Assembly (NCBI GenBank): GCA_000002445.1
Contig: CM000208.1
Location: 1,920,001-1,984,000, forward strand
DNA length: 64,000 bases
From: Trypanosoma brucei
Lineage: Eukaryota
Direction: 5' to 3'
Position numbers and translations under genes: made by a program. Numbering within the stretch: the stretch's first letter is position 1; the number at the start of each line of letters is the position of its first letter. The notes below the pieces were generated by a model. The model ran no database searches, had not been told where the DNA came from, and saw only the letters and a list, made by a program, of their open reading frames with translations. Of the stretch, positions 20,898-31,961 are shown piece after piece.

Positions 20898-21794
20898 TTA
20901 CCAATCAATAATGAAATCGTCGGTGTACGTTTTTTCTGTTCCCTCAAGTACGTTTTCTGGGGAACCCACCAAACCCTTGTCATCTTCCTTTTCACCAACC
21001 GCTCCTTCAGCAGGTAGTGGCAAACTTTCCACCATATCCGACTTCTGCGCGTGTGACTCCTCCTTGAAATCAAAACTAAACTCAACATCTGCATTCGCGG
21101 TCCCTCCGGGATCTGTTGCCACTTCTGAAGTGGGAAGAAGTTGCAGAGTGCCTGCCTCCAGCTGACGGAGTGTTTCCTCTTCTTCCTTGTCTAACTTACG
21201 GTTCCGCGCCTGTTGTCTTTTCTCCTCCCTTTTCTTCAGGCGGGTGTTGAAGGTTGCGAGATCTATACTCGTCCGCGATGCCAAAGCGGCGCGTACATCA
21301 GCTGGTCGCCTACGAAGTTCGCGGTGGTAAAGCCGCTTAACCTCATCGCGGGATTTGTCCGTGTATAGAACTGCAATGGCATTGAAGTCGGTTCCATACT
21401 GTGAGAGGAATTTATAAAAGTCTACCAACTCTTCTTCTGTCCAACTAAATCGCGATCGCTTTCGCCAACCGAACAATTTTTTTGCGTTTTCTTCCTCCTC
21501 ACTATCTTCGTCCATCTCTTCCTTCTGCTCCCTGTCATCATGATCTCCCTCATTTTTTTTCACGGCAACTGCTCGATGTTGCGTTCTTGCCGTCATCACG
21601 AGCTTTTGATTAGCCTGTATCGCTTGCCGTATGGGTCGCTGCTGGTTTGGTGGTAACGTCGTTGGTGGAAGCTGCTCCACGGGAGTGCTTGACAGCGCTT
21701 GCAGGGGAATATCATTGTTTAGGCACGGAACTGCGCCGTGCTCGTCATTCTCATCAGTAGGATTTGGCGGAAAATCGAAGTCACTGTAATCCAT
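20898..21794 (-). CDS. Myb/SANT-domain protein, TFIIIB B'' (Bdp1)-like extended SANT
   Basis: The track's first codon (at 21884) is non-ATG. The first ATG at 21794 gives MDYSDFDFPP.., 298 aa. The SANT segment FSWTEEELVDFYKFLSQYGTDFNAIAVLY..RDEVKRLYHRELRRRP closely fits the Bdp1 SANT signature (W[ST]xEE..F..AL..GTDF..IA.L). There are also acidic and basic coiled regions. Confidence 0.5.
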   Translation of the reverse strand: MDYSDFDFPPNPTDENDEHGAVPCLNNDIPLQALSSTPVEQLPPTTLPPNQQRPIRQAIQANQKLVMTARTQHRAVAVKKNEGDHDDREQKEEMDEDSEEEENAKKLFGWRKRSRFSWTEEELVDFYKFLSQYGTDFNAIAVLYTDKSRDEVKRLYHRELRRRPADVRAALASRTSIDLATFNTRLKKREEKRQQARNRKLDKEEEETLRQLEAGTLQLLPTSEVATDPGGTANADVEFSFDFKEESHAQKSDMVESLPLPAEGAVGEKEDDKGLVGSPENVLEGTEKTYTDDFIIDW

Positions 21795-22347
21795 CAGTGT
21801 TTTGCATAATGCGTAAGAGGTGGGTTCTAACAGGTACGCGTGGGGTGTGTTCCGGGATAACAACACTTCTACTGTGGAACGCAATCAATAGACAACAATT
21901 TCTTAACGGACTTAAAGCGGATTTTTTTTCCAATGAAAAATAAGCAAAAAAAAAATAAGCAAAGAAGGGAAGAAATATTGTACCCCGAGGGAAAGGTGGA
22001 ATGACATAGACAGTTATGGAATATATGTATATATTCATGTCACCCCTGCGGAGTTATTGGACACGGGCGACCGATTCCCTGGGACCCAGCTGGTGATAAA
22101 ACATTTCGACAACTGCGCAAAACTGAAAACTTGTACTTAACTCAAATCGTGGAAATCTGCAGACCCCCCTTAATCATGTTTGCCAATATGGGTAGTCGTT
22201 TGTGTAAGCAACAGGTAAGAAAAATCAAAAGAAGGAGGGAGGAGGGAGGGGGTCACTTTGGAAAGAAAGAAGAACAACACTAAGTGAAAGTATGAGCGAA
22301 AAAAAGAAGAAAAGAACAAAAAACGACGACAGCGCAGTTCCAACAAA

Positions 22348-23073
22348 CTAAATACCTCCCCTTTGGTGCTTCGCTGATGTCAGTGGGACAAATCGTACTC
22401 CACCGTGGTTAGTGGAGGAGATGTGACCGTCCATATCCTTCGTGTAAACGCGCAAAGTTTGTGCCTCGCCCTCTCTTCCAACAGGAATAACGAGGCATCC
22501 GCCTGGCTTTAATGCATCAATATAAACCTGCGGCACTGTTGCCGCAGCAGCTCCAACATGAATAACATCAAAGTCAGGCACTTTCTGCCCGAGAAGTCCG
22601 GTTATATTCCTACCATCTCCTTCAATGAACTTAATTCGCCCTTCCTCCACCCACGACCGAAAATGCTTATTCACCACTTCTGTTGATCGAACCACCAGTT
22701 CCGAGATGTGTTCTACTCCGATTACAGTTCCTCCCCTACCACTGCAAAGTTCCGCAAGGACGGCTGTGAGGTATCCGCTTCCGCTACCAACGTCCAACAC
22801 CGTGGCTGGCTTTACGCCCTCTGGGGTTCGGAGGAGAAATGGAGCGATGATCTCCACCATAATGGCGTGCATGTGGGGTGCACTGATGGTTGCGCCGTAT
22901 CCAATGGGAACGGGCTGGTCGCTGTATGCCACTTCGGGTGGCGAATGCGGCAAAAACCAGCCGCGATCAACACGACGAAAGGCCTCGATAACGGCAGGCG
23001 TGACTAACAGCGAAGCCGCTTCTAAACGTTGAATCATACCGGCATTGGTTACACCGGAACATGTCCATGCCAT
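22348..23073 (-). CDS. PCMT: Protein-L-isoaspartate (D-aspartate) O-methyltransferase (PIMT/PCMT)
   Basis: 241-aa ORF with ATG start. SAM-binding motif I VLDVGSGSGYLTAV, plus post-I/II/III regions and the N-terminal GMIQ..L pattern typical of PIMT. Confidence 0.85.
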   Translation of the reverse strand: MAWTCSGVTNAGMIQRLEAASLLVTPAVIEAFRRVDRGWFLPHSPPEVAYSDQPVPIGYGATISAPHMHAIMVEIIAPFLLRTPEGVKPATVLDVGSGSGYLTAVLAELCSGRGGTVIGVEHISELVVRSTEVVNKHFRSWVEEGRIKFIEGDGRNITGLLGQKVPDFDVIHVGAAAATVPQVYIDALKPGGCLVIPVGREGEAQTLRVYTKDMDGHISSTNHGGVRFVPLTSAKHQRGGI

Positions 23074-24776
23074 AGGATCCCTGAAAGCAAACCTTTGTGA
23101 TGAGAAAAAAAAAAGTGAAACAAAAAAAGGGCAGGGGCAAACAGTAAATGTTCAGAAAAGTTGCGAGGAAGAGCGCTGGCAGAATAGAAACACGAGCCGC
23201 TGAGAGGCAGATAGACAGAAATAGATTATGAACACGGGGGAATAGCTCCATTTCCATTACTACCAATTTCTCTCGTCCAGTAAGCCGAAGCCAGAGATGC
23301 GTTACCCTGAGGGGCCTAAGACGTACCATTGCGTTGAAGAACTGGATCAAGTAACTGCCGTATTCCCCCGCTCCTCCTTTCCTTTCCCCAATGCCAGTAC
23401 ACACCGCATTTGCAATAATATATGTGCGTGTTGGTGTTAGGGAACCGAACGTCCATTCACCGGTTATGTGCAGGCAGGCACACGGAGGCTAGAGCTTTTT
23501 TTTTTTTTTGGGACACCACTCCTGCCCTTCTTCTTTTCATTTTCTTTCCTCTCCACTGGGTACATGTGCAGCTTAGTAGTGAAGTACGTGTGTACGCAAC
23601 TACTTTTTCCTTTTTTTTTTTCAATACAAGTTCTACTTTCATTGCTGCCGCTTGTGCGACGCTTGAAGAGAGGCAGACGTCACCTTCCTATTGATACGTA
23701 CTTTTTTTAAAAGAAACTTGAAGTAATATATGTATATATTTATTTATATTGTACCGTTCACCTTACGCTTTGATGAATTCCCTGCTTTCTTCCACTTGAA
23801 ATCAAACACACAACAAAGAAAGAGTTTTCGTTTCATTTTTCCTGTTACTTCTCACCTTTTTTTTTTTGGAACCTCCCTCCTTTTTTTCCCCTTCTCCTCT
23901 CCTTTCTTCTCTTTCATTTCATTTCTTTCCGTCTCTCTTTCACACTTTTTAAGTTTATCCTCTATCCAACCGACTCGGGCTCGTACTTATGAAGAAACTT
24001 TTTCCACTCCCCCCTTTAAATTATGTCAAGGGCTCGCGCTATTGTCTTTCCTAACGCCTCATCCGCTTCTCGGCTATTTTTCTTTTGATTTTTTTAAAAA
24101 TTATCTTATCTTATATATATATATATATTGCCTTTTTTCTCACTGTTGTAACTGATGCTATGCGAGAACAATATTCACCCAACGCGCACGCGTAGGGATG
24201 CAGAGAGAAAATTGCACGATTGGTCATCTCCCCCCTTCTTTCCCCTGAGGAGAGAAAAGGGCGACAGCGGTAGCAATAATGGCAACAAAGAGTAACAACA
24301 ACATGAACAGCAGCAGCAGCAGACAGAGAAGATATGTAACCCTTCACCTGCATGTGTTTTCCTTCTTTCTTTCACACATGCAGGTTCAGTTGCTCTCCAT
24401 TTTATCCCTTCCCTTTTCTACCCATTCCTGTCACTGTACTGTACACCCAAATCCAATCCCGGGAAACAATAAATGTACACGGCGCACCTTTCTTCTTTCC
24501 ACCTGCAAGTTCCCTCCTCTCTTTAATATTTTCTTTGCATCGGAGCATCGTGCCTCCTTAAGGGAAACTGCAGGAGCAAAAAGAAAAAGAGGGGCTTTAA
24601 GACAAAGCACATCAGCTAAACAAACCGACTAGAGACGTACCGGTGACCAAATTGTTTTTTTTGGTTTTTTTCTCTTCAAGAAAAGAAATTGTACTAGCAA
24701 ATTATATGTCAAACTGGTGGAAAGATATTTCTCTTTTTGTTTTTCTTTTGTTTATGTTCAGTGTTGCACAAATTGG

Positions 24777-25427
24777 CTACCGCGATCTGTTGGTTGCTGT
24801 AACCAAATCCGCATAAAGATCAACTTCCCTGGACACTCGCATAGGGGCTCGAACTGATGCTTCTGTCCTCTGCTCTTTTGCCCGTGGCTCACCATTACCC
24901 GCTGCACTTTCGGGTTTCGGCTCGGCTACGGCTACGGCTACGACTACGGCCGCTGCCGCCGGCCCGCTCGATGCCGCAATGACTTCGTGCCGTGCTGTCG
25001 CTGCATCATTCGCCGCATCCGTTTCCTCACGCTGCCTTCGTAATTCCTCCCTTTTGCGTGACATGCGTTCCCTGAGTGCACTGAGAGACAACAGCGGTGC
25101 CGCCTTATCTTCTCTCTTCTCTTCTTTTTCTATTTGCTTCGTCTGTTCCTTCTTTATCGCCTCCATAGCGGCGCGAATGGGGGCAATCACAGTTTCTTCC
25201 GCCCCGCACTCATTGAGAAATTCGACGAGCTGTCTGAGCGTCTTTCTCATGACCTCCTCAGCAGCTACCGGAGGCGGCAGTACATCTGCTGAGGTTTTTG
25301 CAAGCTTTTTGAAGTCCTCTCGGTCAATCACGCCTAACTGGACGTAGTCTTCCAGCACTTCTTTAATGCGATCAAGCACCTCACGCTTGTTTGCATACGT
25401 GCTGGCGGAGGCTTCTGACACGGTCAT
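24777..25427 (-). CDS. Hypothetical protein (helical, Ala/Glu-rich C-terminus)
   Basis: 216-aa ORF with ATG start and a pyrimidine tract upstream. No recognisable domain. Confidence 0.45.
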   Translation of the reverse strand: MTVSEASASTYANKREVLDRIKEVLEDYVQLGVIDREDFKKLAKTSADVLPPPVAAEEVMRKTLRQLVEFLNECGAEETVIAPIRAAMEAIKKEQTKQIEKEEKREDKAAPLLSLSALRERMSRKREELRRQREETDAANDAATARHEVIAASSGPAAAAVVVAVAVAEPKPESAAGNGEPRAKEQRTEASVRAPMRVSREVDLYADLVTATNRSR

Positions 25428-26160
25428 AATAACTTTCTCCTCTTTTCCCCCCTAGCGGTCTAAATTGCCACTAAACGGCTTTCTTGACAATACAAAGAAG
25501 AAGAAAATGAACGGAAAAAAAAATAGGGGAAAAGAATACCAGTAAATAATCAAGGGAAAATATTACAGAACAAAAAATAAAGGGTTCACGTGCTCCCATG
25601 TGGAAAGGAGTGCGGGCAGCTGACGTGACGTACCATTCAAGCGCATCAAAAAAATTACCATGGGCAAAGTGCACCTCACTATACGTGTACGTGTGTTGAT
25701 GTTGGTACCAGTGAGAACAATGCGAAAGCATTTTTTTTCGCCCCGAACAAACGCAGAGAAATAAAGTCTGGCACATGTCACCTTCTTTTTCTTTTACTTT
25801 CTTGTGACTTACCCCACTGTGAACCCATGTATATGCTTGAAGATGGGCTTACAAATGCATATAAGACCGCATTTGTGCAACATGCAGCCCTCAAACTAGC
25901 TTCCACTTCCCTTCTACTCCCCGCTCGTTATGCAGTAACCGGGTTCCGCAACTCCTGCCTACAATTCACTACGTTCTTAAACAATGCCACTACTGCTTTA
26001 CTTCCATCGTCCTTTACACTCCTTTCGCCCATTTCCTGCGTTAGCCCGCTTCCAATGCCAAAAAAGCTATTTCGCCTCCCGCTTCTCACCACCTCCCCCG
26101 CTACGCAAACAAACTAATCATCTGCGCCATCGGCCCCTTAGATGTTACACCTGGTGAACT

Positions 26161-26736
26161 CTACGCAAATCTATCGGCAACCTGCCATGCCTTTATGCGA
26201 TACTCTGCCACTGGGTTGTTCACAAACTGTTTCTCATAGAGCGCCTCGCGAACGCGCTGCCTATCACGTTGGTCACGTATTTCATCATAGGAATACAATT
26301 GATTTCGCTGGAAGTCTCGCTGGTAGTATCGCTCCCGTGCGATAAACTTAGTGAAGTTGTTCCATGCAAATACTACAACGTAGCACTTCCAAAACGACCA
26401 CCGAATTGAGGCTGCTGTGCGGTTAAGAAATCGAGTGTAGAAGAAATTAATAAAGCCTGCGCCAGCGAGACTCGTGACGACTACAGGAGTGCAGCGAATG
26501 TTTTGTCCCCAGAAAGTGCGCAAATTCCAATGCGATTCACCTTCCGGCACTTTATAGACCCGCTCCGCTAGTGCTTCGTCAGGCATCGCTTGGGTATCGA
26601 GGAAGAAATCGAAGTGACGGAAGTTGGGCTCAAAATTATTGTCGGCACGTGTGGTTGGGATAGAGCCATGCCAGTTAAATGATGTTGGGCCGAGGCCTTG
26701 TAGTATGGAAAACTGTCCTTGCGCAATGCCAGGCAT
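26161..26736 (-). CDS. Hypothetical protein with one predicted TM segment (possibly a mitochondrial membrane-complex subunit)
   Basis: 191-aa ORF with ATG start. Single hydrophobic stretch TPVVVTSLAGAGFINFFY. Aromatic and Arg-rich. No confident family assignment. Confidence 0.45.
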   Translation of the reverse strand: MPGIAQGQFSILQGLGPTSFNWHGSIPTTRADNNFEPNFRHFDFFLDTQAMPDEALAERVYKVPEGESHWNLRTFWGQNIRCTPVVVTSLAGAGFINFFYTRFLNRTAASIRWSFWKCYVVVFAWNNFTKFIARERYYQRDFQRNQLYSYDEIRDQRDRQRVREALYEKQFVNNPVAEYRIKAWQVADRFA

Positions 26737-27265
26737 ACCGCACTTCTATTTACAACTCCTCAACCCTACTATTAATTGTATTCCTCACTAAACCCTTCCC
26801 TTTCAATTACTAGTGCTCTACACGTCCTTGGCGTGCACCACCGCGCTCTTTTACACGTGCTACACACGAAACGTGTTAACATGCGTAATAAAAACATGTG
26901 ATGGAAGAAGATAGTGTGCATACACGAAGTCAAAAAAAAAAAAAGGGTCAATAGCAAAAACACAGTGGAAAACTACTCTCATGTTGCCCACATCCCTAAT
27001 GACAGCCAGGGTATGTGTCGTCTGAGAGCAATGGAGGCCTGTTTAACATTTATATACACAAGAATTTTGTACATTCTAAACATCCGTAACGTCACCCCGC
27101 TTACCCACCTTGAACACACAGAGTGTGTGCGTGTGTGGGAACAGCGAAATTATTGCTGGTGTGATGACAGACTTCAAATCTGCGGTTTAACTTCCTCCCC
27201 TCTCCACGGACAAACACAAAAATACACAACCACATTTCACTAGGCATGGCACTGTCCAGTTAACC

Positions 27266-29221
27266 TCAGGTATGGGCACGGGTTTCCAACAACAGCTTTG
27301 GTGGCATGTTCAACTGGAAGTTGGCGCCTCGCTGGACGTACTGACCAAGAAGATCACACAGCTCTGCGTTGTGCGCGCGAAGGCTATCCGTTTGTTCAAT
27401 CAAGGCTTTGCGCTGCTTTAACTGTTTAAGGTAACGGTCAAGTCCCTTCTCAAGAAATCCCCAAACCCGTCGGTGATCCACTGGCACGGAGTCGCCCATA
27501 CGTGTCCAATACTCCTTCTCCGCTATGCGCTGCCGTTCCCCTTGCTTTGCCTTCTCTGTCTGCGTGTTTTTCTTGTCAGATTGTTTCTGGCTCTCTAATT
27601 TTTGTGCTTGTTTCTGCGTTCGGGAATTGAGGAACGCCTGGAGCGCACTAACAGCGTCCTGTGGACTGATGAGGGTTGCTTCTCCGTCCTCATCGTCGAC
27701 AATGAAGAACTGTAACATATCTTCCATTTCCTCAGTCGTGCGTATTTGCAGTGTGGAGAGAATGGCCTCAATGTTAGCCCGCTCTTCAGTTATCCCATTA
27801 ACCATTTCAATCGCCTCTAATACATTGTTGTCCGCAATAAACGGTGCCTGTTGTTTCAGGATCCCGAGCAGCATAACGGCTTCCTCGGACAGTTCAATTT
27901 CTTCGTCACTACTAACGGCGTCTTCTTCCTCCACAACATTCGTCAACTGATCTTCGTGCCAGTAGTTCAACTCCGGGGGTTTCCACGGCATGCCGAGAAT
28001 ATCTTCAAATATAACACGATCTGCCTGAAGGCATTTCTGCACCAACTGAGTGTTTTTCTCCTCATGCATTCGCCACAACCGACGGTACTTCTCCCTATCC
28101 GCTTTTTCAAATAACTGAAATTTTCTCTGTAGGTCACGGTACTGTCCTGCAACACGATGCAGCTGGGCAGTGAGGTCCTTGTTAGCGCGTTGGTATCGCT
28201 TCTCAGACTCTGCGTAGCGGGAAACGAGGGAGCTCAACGTGTCCTGCAACCGCGCCAACTTTCTCTTGTTCAGAGTCTGTGTGTTTTTGTTTTCCTTTAT
28301 GCGCTCGCGAAGTACCTGTAGGTTATAGCTCAACCGCTCCCCATTGAGGAGAAACTCCGCCTTACACCGCTCAAGTTCCTCCATTAGGGAATGAATCTCC
28401 TTCAAATGCTCCCGCTTAATCTCGTTGTACTCCTCTCGACTGTCGCAGTGCTTGTCATCCATCTTCTTCTGCGCCTCTAAAATCTTTGCTTCCCTCTTCT
28501 TACGGTACTCCGTCTCGCGTGTGCGGCGTACCTTCATGAGTTGCTGAATCTCCTCATTATATTTTGCGATACGGCCCTGCCGTTCCTGCTCGTACGTGCT
28601 CTCCACTTCCCGAAGCTTGCGCGTGTAGCTGTCTAGATACTTTTCCGTCTGATTGCGCATCTCCTCGATAAGACTTCTTACATCCTCTGCGTTCCGTCGC
28701 AACGCCACTACGAACTCTTCCTCCCGTTCTTCTAACTGTAACCGGAGGGCCTCGATGAGACGATCCTTTACTGCAATCACCTCTTCGCAGCTCTTCTGTT
28801 GGTCGTCGAGGGCGCGCTGCATGTCGTGGGGGACGTCCAGTTTATAAATAGACTCGAACCTTAATTGAATTGCACCGCTCCGGGCTTCGTTTTCCTCCGC
28901 ATCTTCCTCCCGCTTCTTCCGGCGCTCTATCAGTGCAACTTCTTCACGGCTCCGACGATCACTTTCATTTGCACATGCAGCGACATCCCAGTTGGTTAAC
29001 GCGCTGTGCGCTTTATTATAAACCTCCGCCATCTCTTCACGTACCTCTTGAATGCGTTGCCCTCCCAAATCTTTTGGTGCATCATCCTCTTCCACTGTTA
29101 TAGTGTTTTGTATCTCGTCGCCATCTCCGTTCATGCAGCGCATCATCTTTAAGACGCGCTGTCGGCGTGCGGCGATGCGCTGCTCCTGCGACTCATCGGC
29201 TTTGTCGCCTCCCGTCTCCAT
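27266..29221 (-). CDS. Large coiled-coil protein (possible axonemal / dynein-regulatory-complex-type protein)
   Basis: 651-aa ORF with ATG start. Heptad-rich over ~400 aa, with a globular C-terminal third. The flagellar assignment is speculative. Confidence 0.55.
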   Translation of the reverse strand: METGGDKADESQEQRIAARRQRVLKMMRCMNGDGDEIQNTITVEEDDAPKDLGGQRIQEVREEMAEVYNKAHSALTNWDVAACANESDRRSREEVALIERRKKREEDAEENEARSGAIQLRFESIYKLDVPHDMQRALDDQQKSCEEVIAVKDRLIEALRLQLEEREEEFVVALRRNAEDVRSLIEEMRNQTEKYLDSYTRKLREVESTYEQERQGRIAKYNEEIQQLMKVRRTRETEYRKKREAKILEAQKKMDDKHCDSREEYNEIKREHLKEIHSLMEELERCKAEFLLNGERLSYNLQVLRERIKENKNTQTLNKRKLARLQDTLSSLVSRYAESEKRYQRANKDLTAQLHRVAGQYRDLQRKFQLFEKADREKYRRLWRMHEEKNTQLVQKCLQADRVIFEDILGMPWKPPELNYWHEDQLTNVVEEEDAVSSDEEIELSEEAVMLLGILKQQAPFIADNNVLEAIEMVNGITEERANIEAILSTLQIRTTEEMEDMLQFFIVDDEDGEATLISPQDAVSALQAFLNSRTQKQAQKLESQKQSDKKNTQTEKAKQGERQRIAEKEYWTRMGDSVPVDHRRVWGFLEKGLDRYLKQLKQRKALIEQTDSLRAHNAELCDLLGQYVQRGANFQLNMPPKLLLETRAHT

Positions 29222-29776
29222 CTTCTGTCCCTCTGCCCGTGTGAGGAAAAGATGTATGACGGTAAATATAAAACCTGGCTAAAAAAAAAAAGGAAGAACG
29301 AAAGCAGGGGGGAGGGAAGGAGCAAAAGAGTTAAGCGAATTAATTAATTAAGTAATGCTAGAGGAGTGCGAACAAATGTACGTAACGTGACGCCACGCAA
29401 CGGCAGCTTCAAAAGCGTAACAAATGCTCATGATAGCAAGAGTCATATCAGACATACCACCACCAACAGGCTCAAAAACAGAGAAACAAAACAAAAACAG
29501 AAAAAAAAAGAGTAAAAGAAATGGACATAGCGGAACCACGGAAGATTCATTTGGGAGATAGGAAAAATGAACAAAAAAAAATGAAAGAACTATCCAAATT
29601 CGTGAACATCCTCGGGAAGTTCATCAGATAGTCGGAGACCTCTTTCCCCTCTTTTTCATTCCCTCTTTTCCCGTTTTCTCCCCCATCTCTTGGATCTCTA
29701 GAGTGCGTTGCCTGAGTTCGCTACACTCAGCTTCCTCCCACACTCATCCCCTCTCTATGTAACACGGTATGGTCAA

Positions 29777-29802
29777 ATATATATATATATATATATATAT
29801 AT
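29777..29802. repeat. (AT)13 microsatellite
   Basis: Perfect dinucleotide run read in sequence. Coordinates within a base or two. Confidence 0.8.
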
Positions 29803-30162
29803 TAACAGCACGCACTCCCACAACTTAACTTAACTTTCCTCCCGCCACCAAACCACAGCGCCCCCACCCTTTCATTTTCTTTTTTCCCCTTATTCTCCAC
29901 TTTTCTTTTCTTTTCTTTCCTCCTTCTTTCTTCTGTTTCTTCATTTAACAAAACTTCATTCGCTCACCCGCTCATCTTTTCTTTCATTTTTTCTTTCCTT
30001 CCTTTTTCCTCTGACTACGAGACCAAATTCAAATTTTAGCATATGGAATAAAAGGCAACAGTAAGCTGGATGATGGAAAAAAAAAGCAAAACAAAGCAAC
30101 GTGGAGGCGGATTCTTGTTCAGTTCTTCAGGCGATGAAGCGACAGACACAATTAAAAAAACA

Positions 30163-30180
30163 CAACAACAACAACAACAA
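30163..30180. repeat. (CAA)6 microsatellite
   Basis: Read in sequence (cacaacaacaacaacaacaa). Confidence 0.75.
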
Positions 30181-31105
30181 TAACCAAAAGAACAAAAAAA
30201 GAACAAAAAAAAAAGACTTATTTCCTCCTTGCCTATTTATTGGACTCCTTCTTTTTGTGTGTTCTTACACATGCAACATCTCACCCACGTACGCATGTAT
30301 ATAATAAGAATATGGTTGGAACTGTATAGGTAATGTTGGCGGCTTCAAATTACCTTTTGCTCTCAGCCATTAAAAAATTGGTTTTGAAATTTTGACACCA
30401 CATGAACAAATAAACAAACAAACAGACAACAAACAAATAAATAAATGGAAGACAAAAACAGAAGTGGCACTCTATTACACACGGCCGAAGAGAGAAAAAA
30501 AGGTAGAGGATACTACCTCACGACGTACGAACAAACAAAAACACACATTTACACCCGCACTTGCGCAACAGTTTATATGTGGTTTTGCATGTGCACAATT
30601 TGCATGCATTCTTCTCGCATGCATTCCTTTCGTACGATTGCTTCCCACACAACACTGCAGCAGTCCATGCCGTAGCTCTAAACTCCGAATCGCAACATCT
30701 TCCCTGTACATTTCCCTTCCCTTCCTTCTGAGCTCTTTGTCTCTCTTTTTTTTTTCCCTACCCTTTCCTTCGCTTGCCTTCATACGCATTTTCCCCCTTC
30801 ATTCATTTACGCACGTCACCGGTTCCTGTTTCTTTTGCGTTCACGCTTCCGTTCCTGCTTTTTTTCCTTTTTTGCACTCCACAGACGGTAAGTTGGAGGG
30901 TGAAGGAAAATGTACGACTGCTAAGGACACATAATGAAGGAATGAGCTGTGCGATGCGGGATGAAAAGGAAAGACGAGATGGAGTATTTCTATATGTTTC
31001 ATTTTGTATGTGATGCCTGTTTGTAACACAAGCGTTTGTTTTTTTTTCCATTTTTCCATTCTTCCCTTATTTTCATGCGCTCACCTCTCGCGTTATTGTT
31101 GTCGC

Positions 31106-31128
31106 TCCTCTCTCTCTCTCTCTCTCTT
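31106..31128. repeat. (CT)n microsatellite (~10 units)
   Basis: Read in sequence (ctcctctctctctctctctctct). Confidence 0.75.
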
Positions 31129-31781
31129 CATTTAACTACAGCACGTTCGCAAAGCACTAAATAACAACTAGCGCGGTAGCTGCAGAAATATCGTCGCTGG
31201 CGGCAAGGACTAAAGTGAGTGCAAGAAAGAATACAAAAACAAAGAAAAAAACTGTGCAAGCGAAAGAGAAAGAAGACTTCTCAAGCGCTTGTCTTCCAGT
31301 CAAAGGGAAAATGCTGCCTAACACCTCGCGGAGATGTCCACGACGGTGCCTCAATTCAATGTCTCGAAGTAGTTAATCAAGATGAAGCGGTAGAGGACCT
31401 ATCAGTGTGAAAAATTGCCGTTTTCAGCTTCCATTCATCCTTCCTCATAGTTTTCTTCAGCACTTCTTCCCCCTTTTTATCTTCTCCTCGACATGTATAC
31501 GCATACGCAGCGCTATGATAAGTAAATTGATGGCTTTATTTCTTCGCGGGGGATTTTTTTTTACTTGTCTTACCTGTGACTTGCCCCATCGCGCGTCTGC
31601 TTCCCATCCATTCAAGGAGACCTTATCCCCCTCTGGAACAAAATATTGTAGGAAATAAACCGTGTCGGTGGGCCAACCAGTGCAGTCTCCCTTCTCCACA
31701 GCCTATCATGAGCTCTTTTCTTCACTTTCCACCTCAAATTTCTGTTTTGGCTCACTTGTATTTTTTGTACGTGTGCGTACG

Positions 31782-31785
31782 TATA

Positions 31786-31820
<35 letters not shown>
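31782..31820. repeat. (TA)n microsatellite (~19 units, one G interruption) followed by (TG)n
   Basis: Read in sequence at 31781-31830. Confidence 0.8.
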
Positions 31821-31824
<4 letters not shown>

Positions 31825-31961
31825 GTGTATGGGAATATATGAATATATTTATATGCATTATGAGCTTCTCTCCTTGAAGCTGCCGGCAGTTTCCCATTCA
31901 ACTGGCAGCTACTGCCGGTGCTGGATGGACCAAATATCCGAACAAACTCCCCTTTCCTTTT

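Noticed and set aside
30392-30934. 180-aa plus-strand ORF in the 2.7-kb gene-free interval
   Set aside because: It translates poly-pyrimidine/low-complexity DNA (FFFSLPFPSLAF...), is on the wrong strand for this transcription unit, and has no domain features.
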